Origin: Candidatus Thorarchaeota archaeon
GTDB lineage: Archaea > Asgardarchaeota > Heimdallarchaeia > Hodarchaeales > Hodarchaeaceae
DNA: 32,000 nucleotides
Assembly (NCBI GenBank): GCA_048882505.1
Contig: JBHLRO010000012.1
Location: 77,923 to 109,922 of the forward strand
Direction: 5' to 3'
This document shows positions 9,174 to 16,698 of the stretch, one piece after another. The notes beneath the pieces were generated by a model. It ran no database searches. It was not told where the DNA came from and was given only the letters and a program-made list of their open reading frames with translations. The position numbers and the translations under genes were made by a program. Numbering within the stretch: position 1 is the first letter of the stretch; every line of letters starts with the position of its first letter.

Positions 9174-9289
9174 ACGGTAGTTTCAAGAGAACTTCTCGTG
9201 AGAGAGCAGCCCTTACCTCTTTTCCCATGATCTTAAAATTTGATATAAATTAAGCGTCTTTAAATAACTGAAAGCATACCATATTCAAT

Positions 9290-9973
9290 TTAGAATTCCA
9301 GGATACCACGTTTTCTTAGTGTTTCTAGATCTTGGTCAGCTAGCTCCACGGGCAACCAACGGAATAGGCCAAATATCTCGGATTGACAATTTTTGTCCAA
9401 AAGAAAGAAACGATTTAGAAAATCAACCAATATCCTTCCAGTTGCCCCCCAAATCTCTTCTTTCTTATAATAAAAAAAGGGAACCAGGAATTTGTTTCCT
9501 TGCCATTCACGAGTTCTTAAAGTAAAGTGATCTGGATTGGCCAGATGGGAAACAGGAACCTCCAAAATATACTCAATCTCGTTATGATTAATATTTTTGG
9601 CTTTTACATCCTCTTCGCTTACCACCCCGACAAATGGGGTGACAATATATTGGCTAATCGTCAAAATGTCATTAATAGAGCCAATAATCTGGACCTCATT
9701 TATGCCAATTTCTTCATATGTTTCTCTAAGAGCAGTATGGACAACATTTTCATCTGATTCATCTAATCTACCTCCTGGGAAAGAGATTTGACCAGGATGA
9801 TTCCGTACATGCTCGGTTCTACGAGTAAATAGAAGATACCACTCATTTTTTCTTAAAAACAAAGGAATAAGTACTGCGGCCCGTTTAAATCCTTTGGGGA
9901 GAAGACCTCCAAGACGTTCCTCCTTATAGAGCACTCTACCAAATAATTGTAAGCATCTGGGGAGGGTCGCCAC
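9290..9973 (-). CDS. Nudix hydrolase, CoA pyrophosphatase (NudL/NUDT7/PCD1-like)
   Basis: AAVLIPL...LLFTRRTEHVRNHPGQISFPGG (CoA-Nudix motif) followed by the Nudix box ALRETYEEIG. C-terminal IWGATGRIL. Confidence 0.9.
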   Translation of the reverse strand: MATLPRCLQLFGRVLYKEERLGGLLPKGFKRAAVLIPLFLRKNEWYLLFTRRTEHVRNHPGQISFPGGRLDESDENVVHTALRETYEEIGINEVQIIGSINDILTISQYIVTPFVGVVSEEDVKAKNINHNEIEYILEVPVSHLANPDHFTLRTREWQGNKFLVPFFYYKKEEIWGATGRILVDFLNRFFLLDKNCQSEIFGLFRWLPVELADQDLETLRKRGILEF

Positions 9974-10110
9974 GCACGTATCACATCGAACTATTTTTTA
10001 AGAAAGTCATACTCAAACTCCCCCAGTCATAGAACTAAATAATAGGAATGAGCCTCAGGGGACTAACTTCATTGATTGTGAATAATATAATAAGTATGCG
10101 CCAAATCTAG

Positions 10111-10506
10111 GTGGATGAGGAGTCGATACTGCCTTTCATTAATGTTTCTTATATGGACGTTCTTGAGTCTCTTGGTAGCCCAGAAAGTGTAATTAGGTTA
10201 CTAAAAACCAAGAAAATAAATCCAAAGGAGGCCGATTTTCTAGAAATTTTAGGTAGTTACATAAAGAGTCAAAATGAAACCATTTTAAATACCATACGAG
10301 ATTTATGTAACATACATTTTGGGGATCAAGGGGACGATGCATTCGAGAAGATTAAACGTTTTCTCGAAGGGCAAACCAGGGTTGCCTGGGTTATTTTCAG
10401 TCGACATTACCATAAAATCGATTTTGATGACCGTAACCCCCTCGAAGATTATCATCCCCGTATGTCAGAAGTCATTATTGTCCATTTCAAATACAAGGTA
10501 ATGTGA
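10111..10506 (+). CDS. Hypothetical protein (131 aa), first gene of a probable three-gene unit
   Basis: Protein-like composition. Its TGA stop overlaps the GTG start of the next ORF by 4 nt (GTGA). Confidence 0.6.
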   Translation: MDEESILPFINVSYMDVLESLGSPESVIRLLKTKKINPKEADFLEILGSYIKSQNETILNTIRDLCNIHFGDQGDDAFEKIKRFLEGQTRVAWVIFSRHYHKIDFDDRNPLEDYHPRMSEVIIVHFKYKVM

Positions 10507-12317
10507 ATGCCATGGGTTCTGAAAAGTGTTCTGCCCTAGCCAACGAGGCAGAAGCAGCTTCCAAACATTCGCTGGACATCGCTTCGAGTATTTATGAGGA
10601 AGCAGCAAGCTGTTATGATAAAGAAGGAGATAGACGTAAATCAGGTCAATTCCTGACGTTAGCAGGGGATCTGTTCCTTGAAATTAATAAGCATGATCAG
10701 GCTGCAACCTGTTATGGAAAAGCCATTTTACGATACCTGATGTCAGGGGATATTGAGACAGCCCAAATCCTCATAAATAAAGGCGGAGAATATGGCTTCT
10801 CCTCTGCGAACCACCATTATAGAATCGCGATTGATTCATTGGAACGGCGGAAGGAGACGAAATTAGAAACAGAGGCCGCATTAGAAGAAAGTACGGCTGA
10901 AGAATGGATGATTGAAGAGGAATCTCTTCCAGAAGTGGAAATCATGCCGCTCGACGATGAAGAGCAGTTGATTACCCTGGAAATGGATGATATTCTCGAT
11001 AAAGAGGATATTCAGATAAGGAAGCAGAATTTTGTCATCCCCCAGCTCGAAGTTGAGGATCCTTCGAGGGTGGGATCGTTTGCGGTTTTGGCTGCAGTTT
11101 CCCGAACTACTCGGGAATTGACCAGCCAAGACCAGCAGTTTATCCAAACCAATGCCGTGATACAGGATGCTTTAGGAGAGACCAAAATAATAGAACCGAA
11201 AATCACCATGTCACCAGTTAAGATAGCAGAAAGCGAAAGATCGGAGTTCTTTGAACTTTCCGAAACAATCACGACCGAAATCATGGGGGTTTCGTCTTTA
11301 GAGAATGAGGATTCAATAACAGATTCTTTAAATGGAACTTCAAACCTTGAATATCCTGATACATTAGATTTCGAGTATTCAGGAAAAACTGAGATTGTAA
11401 ACGAATATGCAGAAGAAATACATAACATTGAAGTAGTTGATACGATTCCCTTTCAGTGGCAGGTAATCGATGTTAAATCAGATTTTGATCTAGAGAAGAA
11501 ACACCGAACAAGTGAGGGATTAATCTATACATGGAAAAAAGATAGGATCTTACCTGGAAGAAAAATGGGAGTTGAATACACACTACGAAAACGGGTTGAA
11601 AGGTCAATTGTCCTGAGAAAGGAGAACCAAGTATCAGTGTTGAATCTTTATCATTCTGTTCAAAAGGATTTAAAAGCCCAAATGGAGTTTGTTAACACAA
11701 CGGGGAACTATTTCGAGGAAATTTTGATAGAAGATGTAATTCCGCCCGAATTGGTTGTGGTTCAGGCGACATCGGCTCAAGATATCAAACCAATTGCACT
11801 TCCAACTAATGATTCCACGTTATATCGATGGATTTTTAGCAGGTTACCTCCAGGTGAAACCTTTTCTGTAACCTACTTGTTTCGTGAAAAACCTATAACC
11901 AGATGGTATATACAGGAGATTGAATCTGAAAAAGGGATAGTAAAAGTAGAGAAGATTTCTCAACCTTTTGTTGATTCGAGACGATCCGAATATATCTGGA
12001 TGTATCGAATCACTAATCCGATTTTAGATGAACTGCATATCGATGACAGGATTCCAGGTGATTATGAGATTGCCCTTGTAGAACCACCTCATTTGAGACC
12101 TTCGTTAACCATGAATGGAACTCATAAGGTTCTTAGTTGGAAGTTACCTCAGGAGTCAACAAACGAAGTCGTATTGATTCGGATCTCTGGAAGCGAGTCT
12201 TTCACGCCCTTGGCGCCCGAAATTCATTTTTCACGGCTCGGAAAACCCCAGCTGGTTGAGAGAGGGGCTCAATCCCACCGAAAGGTAATCGATTTTCGTA
12301 AAATACAAGAAGAATAG
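10503..12317 (+). CDS. SNAP/TPR-like solenoid + acidic linker + three DUF11-like Ig-fold repeats
   Basis: N-terminal ASSIYEEAASCYDKEG...AGDLFLE...AATCYGKA (alpha-SNAP-type repeat pattern), a D/E-rich middle, and three repeats with D-x-IP...W cores. No signal peptide or TM segment. The start may be ATG 10512. Confidence 0.7.
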   Translation: MNAMGSEKCSALANEAEAASKHSLDIASSIYEEAASCYDKEGDRRKSGQFLTLAGDLFLEINKHDQAATCYGKAILRYLMSGDIETAQILINKGGEYGFSSANHHYRIAIDSLERRKETKLETEAALEESTAEEWMIEEESLPEVEIMPLDDEEQLITLEMDDILDKEDIQIRKQNFVIPQLEVEDPSRVGSFAVLAAVSRTTRELTSQDQQFIQTNAVIQDALGETKIIEPKITMSPVKIAESERSEFFELSETITTEIMGVSSLENEDSITDSLNGTSNLEYPDTLDFEYSGKTEIVNEYAEEIHNIEVVDTIPFQWQVIDVKSDFDLEKKHRTSEGLIYTWKKDRILPGRKMGVEYTLRKRVERSIVLRKENQVSVLNLYHSVQKDLKAQMEFVNTTGNYFEEILIEDVIPPELVVVQATSAQDIKPIALPTNDSTLYRWIFSRLPPGETFSVTYLFREKPITRWYIQEIESEKGIVKVEKISQPFVDSRRSEYIWMYRITNPILDELHIDDRIPGDYEIALVEPPHLRPSLTMNGTHKVLSWKLPQESTNEVVLIRISGSESFTPLAPEIHFSRLGKPQLVERGAQSHRKVIDFRKIQEE

Positions 12318-12434
12318 AAGGAGACCATACTAACGTCCGAATCGATAAATAAACCAGGTATAGATTTAGCTGTTCTGGCTGTCCAATGGGATGAAATTAG
12401 TGGCCCCTCCATTATTTCCCTGTTCCCTCCTTCG

Positions 12435-14264
12435 GTGCTGAAAGACCCGGAATCAGTGGCCCTACAGATATATTTAGCATCAGTAACAGTGTTTGGACAA
12501 CATGGCCAGTCACAAAGAACTGAATTCTCTGTTCCTTTACTAAGCCTTGGTCAGGACGTTATTGCTCGTGTTGCCTTTGATTCATGGGAAGATGCGGATA
12601 TTCGTGGCAAAGAGAGACCATTCTTTCTAGCATTCATTACTGGGGGTCAAACTAACGACTTATTGGGTCCTCATCTAGATATTAATATTTTCGATTATTT
12701 AAACCAACTTAAGACTAAGGAAACCAATTTTGTTGCCAAGGAAATTTGGACTGTGCTTTCTGAACGAGTTTTAACAAATGTTCCAGTTGAATCGATAGAT
12801 AATAAAGATTTATCATATGAGACTTACTCCATTAAGGATGCACTTCAAGATCTGAAAACAGCGCATGAAGCTTGGGATAAAACACAAGATAGAAACCAGT
12901 TGTGGACTGCCATACGCGTCGCAAATAAATTAGAAAACATAGATGACAATGCCGCCGGTCAGGCTTTCAATTTGGTTGGTACCATTTTCTTAGCTGGCAA
13001 GAACTACCACGAGGCCAAGGAGGCATTTGAACAGGCTACTAGTGCTTTTGGTCGTGCCCGTTTGTTCAATGATTCGGGCCAATCATCAGCATTAGCAGGA
13101 AAGTGTGCGTTTTATCTGGCTAATCTAGATGAAGCAATCGAATTTCTTCAGGGTGGAGTTCTGTGGGTAAAAGGAGAGGACAAACTTGCCTCGATTAATT
13201 TTGATATGGCAAGTGCATTGCATGCTAAAGAGCGATTCGAAGAATCCTATGTATATTTTGAAAAAGCAATCACCGCTGCCACGGGAGTAGATCCACACAT
13301 CGCAGCTGAATATTCTGCAACCTACGCTAGCAGACTTATGAGTCATGCGGATAGTGTAAGAAACAAGAATCTTACTCTGAGCCAAGATTTAATTAGACGA
13401 TCTGCAACCCAACGTGTCTCAGCAGCTCGCCTCTTATCCAAATCAGGAAACCCCCGTGAAGCAGCTAGTTCGTTAATTCTAGCGGGTAATGCGTTGCTAT
13501 CGTTGAAAGATATAAGGGAAGGATGCGATAAGTTAAGAGAAGCTGCAGATCTATTTATTGAAGCGAACGATTATTCTTCCGCTGCAAGGGCTTTATACAA
13601 TGGTGCCCGTAATATCAAGGATCCCAAAAGTTCTGACGAACTCCTTAGCAGAGCCATCAATCTATTGAAAGAGCATGAAACAGAGCAAAATTATCATACG
13701 TTGGGTCTCCTATTCTTTGAAAAGGGAAAAATCGAAACCAAGCGGCAGCAAATTGTCAAATCTATCCTATCTTTTGAACAATCATCCGAATTTTTGACTC
13801 AGGCCCAAATAAAGGGTATTGAACTCTTCTCCATATATATCCAATTGGCCAACAATCATTTCAAATTAGAATCCTTTGAACGAGCCGCATTATCATTTTT
13901 TAAGGCCCATAATTCCTTAGCGGAGGCACCTAGACGGGGAAACTTAGAGGATCAGTACCAAAAAGCGTTTCTAAATGGCTTGATAAGTTTACGTCGTGCA
14001 AGTACCGTATACCACAATGCAGGAATCGTGGCTCTTCAAAATAAGGAAGAAGGTCGAGCACTCGATTTGTTTGGTCGATCAATAGCATTACTTGTTGAAT
14101 GGGTAAGAAAAAACCGTTTGATGCATGAAGAAGAAGTCAAAAAGACAATATATGAACGTGTGGAAGCATTAGAGCTGAAATTAGGAATATTTGTCAAAGC
14201 TGAATCCAAATATAGGTTGAACGTTGAGATTTCAAGGTTAAAAAACGCAATGAAGTCTTTTTAG
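12435..14264 (+). CDS. Longin/uDENN-like N-terminal domain + TPR/SNAP-like alpha-solenoid (true start probably upstream, about 12327-12360)
   Basis: The in-frame upstream sequence reads IDLAVLAVQWDEISGPSIISLFPP, the typical first strand-GP-strand-P motif of longin/uDENN domains. The rest is TPR/SNAP-like helical repeats (e.g. REAASSLILAGNALL...REAADLFIEANDYSSAARAL). Confidence 0.7.
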   Translation: MLKDPESVALQIYLASVTVFGQHGQSQRTEFSVPLLSLGQDVIARVAFDSWEDADIRGKERPFFLAFITGGQTNDLLGPHLDINIFDYLNQLKTKETNFVAKEIWTVLSERVLTNVPVESIDNKDLSYETYSIKDALQDLKTAHEAWDKTQDRNQLWTAIRVANKLENIDDNAAGQAFNLVGTIFLAGKNYHEAKEAFEQATSAFGRARLFNDSGQSSALAGKCAFYLANLDEAIEFLQGGVLWVKGEDKLASINFDMASALHAKERFEESYVYFEKAITAATGVDPHIAAEYSATYASRLMSHADSVRNKNLTLSQDLIRRSATQRVSAARLLSKSGNPREAASSLILAGNALLSLKDIREGCDKLREAADLFIEANDYSSAARALYNGARNIKDPKSSDELLSRAINLLKEHETEQNYHTLGLLFFEKGKIETKRQQIVKSILSFEQSSEFLTQAQIKGIELFSIYIQLANNHFKLESFERAALSFFKAHNSLAEAPRRGNLEDQYQKAFLNGLISLRRASTVYHNAGIVALQNKEEGRALDLFGRSIALLVEWVRKNRLMHEEEVKKTIYERVEALELKLGIFVKAESKYRLNVEISRLKNAMKSF

Positions 14265-14297
14265 GTCGATCTTATCGAACATGTCAAAATCGCACGA

Positions 14298-16526
14298 TCA
14301 TTCATTTGATGAACTAGATAGTCGTTCCCTTTTTTCGAGCAGTTTTTTTTCTTTGGTTTTAAGGCGACTTATCATGTCTGAATGTTTTTTACTGTCTATC
14401 TCATTTGCGAGGAATTTCTCATCAATTTTATCTATCGAAGTTTGGATATTCTCTAGGGCTTTATCAATTCCCTTGAGTCCTACATCGATTCCTTCAGTTT
14501 GGCGTTGGAAATCATCGCCATATTGAGACCCCTCTGGTTTGTGTAAGGCAGACCAGGTGATATCTATGGCTCGTCGCTTACTAGATTGCTTTTTAAGGGG
14601 AGGAGTGGGAGGACTGGGAGGGGACGGAGGCGTGGGTTCTCTTTTCCTTCTATCAGTTCTAAGACTTTTTCGAGATGAAGTATCTTCTAATGATTCGTCT
14701 TCTCCGATTATCCATCCTTTAGTTTCCCCTTTTAGCTCGGCCAGAATCACGTTAGGATCTTCTTGAAATATGGAGGTAATTCTTTCAGAGAATAAGGCAT
14801 TGAACCTTTCCTGATCCCGTAATATCTTTTCCCTGGCCTCCTCTAAGTTGATCTTTTCCCCCTCTTGGATATCTATACCAAAAACCCTGACCATTTCGCC
14901 TTGTGGCGTTTCTACAACACTTACAAAAGGCGTTCGAACAAAAGAATATTCTTTGGTTTCCAATACGGTCACGAATCCTCCAAAAATTCGAACAAAGCTC
15001 CCGATCCCCTTCATTTCAATTACCTTCACTGCTCCACCCAGAATGTTAACCAGTTCCAGATCACTTGACTCGAATACGTAAACTCCAGGCAATCGAACTA
15101 AAGAATAGTCTTTAGTTTCTCTTATTGCGTATTTAGAGGGGGTTGGATCTAAGACTGAAGAAAAGATGTCTCTAGGGCCCCTCCACTGTTTCAGGTTATT
15201 GAGAGCTGCTTCAGCCTTGTTAAAAACCTCCATAATATCCCCTATGCCAGCCATGCTTAACTCTTGATTTGTTAATTCATTCATATCTTTTGGATTCAAA
15301 TTAACACGAATATCCTCCCATTCCTCAGGAGGTAACCAAATCGTGGTCGTTCCCTCAACTTCTTGTGTCTGTGATTCTTGATTAGTAGAATCAGTTTGCA
15401 TTTCGGATTTACCCATTAGAACTACTGCGGTTCCTTTTTCCGTGACTGCAGGTACGGCTATTGTACCATGTTTTGCGGAAACTTTCGTCTTACCCTTGGA
15501 TACAAGGGTTAAACCGCCCGTAGGAATGGTATAGACTGTTTCTGGCTTGTGAAACTCGACCCCCTTGATATCTCGGGCAAAAGTCTGAACTCGTGAGGCG
15601 AGCTGACTAGAAGGGTCTATTTCTCTTCCTGCTCCAGAAATAGAACTCACCAGCGATTCAAAACGTGAGGCCGATTTCTCGCGGGGAGCGAGCGATAGAA
15701 TAATTCCAAAAATAATACCGATTAGTGATAGATATGAAAAAAAGTCGCGAGACGAGACAATCCAATTCGGTAACCACAGAAACAGCAATAGTAACAATCC
15801 CCCAGTAAAACAAGCATCACGAAACCGCTCCATCCTCGTATTCATTGCTGAATACTGTTCTAATATCGAACCAACGCTCATTGAGAGTTGTACAGGCGTC
15901 CTAGGAAGAAGAGTCCCCACTATAAACGATGCAAATCCTAAGAGAACAAAGAGCTCTTTTTGTAAAATCAGTTCTGTTGAGAATAGGTATATATTTCGAA
16001 AAATGAACAAAATTAAACATGAATGCCAGATTCCTTTTAGAATTCGGCTCAGATAAAAATCATATCCCAATTGTAAATTGGTGAACGAGAAAGAACCGAA
16101 GAAAACTGCCGCAGGGAGCATTAGGGCGATAAACAACCGTTCAAATTCGGCATAAGTAAGTGGAGAGATAAATGTATCGATTCCATGGAAAACAGGAGGA
16201 ACCTGTCCAGTAAATAAATCAATCAATAATAAGAAAACAACCGCCTTCATGGCCCTATTCACAGAGGTAGCAGCCATTCTTAGTTCCTTGGTTTTTAGCA
16301 GACGAACGTAAATAGGGATTAAAATATACAATCCTGAAGCAACCAGAAATAGAGTCACACGAAACTCTGGCTGAAATGCAAATAGTGTCGATGTAATGAA
16401 CCAAAAAACCAGGATTAAAAGGTATATCGAATCAAGAAAGGTTCTTGGACGAAGGAATTGTTCAGTCTGATCAAGTGCAAAGCTCTCAAGAGATGAGTAT
16501 TTTGAGAGGGAGTTTATATTCTTCAT
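14298..16526 (-). CDS. Hypothetical membrane protein: about 8 N-terminal TM helices, cytosolic domain with short beta-repeats, poly-proline stretch and C-terminal coiled coil
   Basis: Hydrophobic segments in aa ~30-280, repeats such as LVNILGGAVKVIE / FVRIFGGFVTVLE, PTPPSPPSPPTPP, and a charged heptad-like C-terminus. Confidence 0.75.
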   Translation of the reverse strand: MKNINSLSKYSSLESFALDQTEQFLRPRTFLDSIYLLILVFWFITSTLFAFQPEFRVTLFLVASGLYILIPIYVRLLKTKELRMAATSVNRAMKAVVFLLLIDLFTGQVPPVFHGIDTFISPLTYAEFERLFIALMLPAAVFFGSFSFTNLQLGYDFYLSRILKGIWHSCLILFIFRNIYLFSTELILQKELFVLLGFASFIVGTLLPRTPVQLSMSVGSILEQYSAMNTRMERFRDACFTGGLLLLLFLWLPNWIVSSRDFFSYLSLIGIIFGIILSLAPREKSASRFESLVSSISGAGREIDPSSQLASRVQTFARDIKGVEFHKPETVYTIPTGGLTLVSKGKTKVSAKHGTIAVPAVTEKGTAVVLMGKSEMQTDSTNQESQTQEVEGTTTIWLPPEEWEDIRVNLNPKDMNELTNQELSMAGIGDIMEVFNKAEAALNNLKQWRGPRDIFSSVLDPTPSKYAIRETKDYSLVRLPGVYVFESSDLELVNILGGAVKVIEMKGIGSFVRIFGGFVTVLETKEYSFVRTPFVSVVETPQGEMVRVFGIDIQEGEKINLEEAREKILRDQERFNALFSERITSIFQEDPNVILAELKGETKGWIIGEDESLEDTSSRKSLRTDRRKREPTPPSPPSPPTPPLKKQSSKRRAIDITWSALHKPEGSQYGDDFQRQTEGIDVGLKGIDKALENIQTSIDKIDEKFLANEIDSKKHSDMISRLKTKEKKLLEKRERLSSSSNE

Positions 16527-16698
16527 TTGAGATGTTCCTAGAGTTTATTGTACCCAGAAGCTAGTTTGTGTTTCGCCCAATGATTCCAATTTATGAATTT
16601 CACTTTTGGGGAGCTACTTCGGATAACTGTTAAACGTTATGAATACAGTGTAGGAGGTTCCCACAAAGTGAAAATGCCGCCGATACATCAAAGGCGAG

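Noticed and set aside
12315-12317. Pyrrolysine (UAG) recoding as a genome-wide feature
   Set aside because: TAG terminates many clearly complete genes here (e.g. 8337, 28319, 31094), and no pyl genes are in the window.
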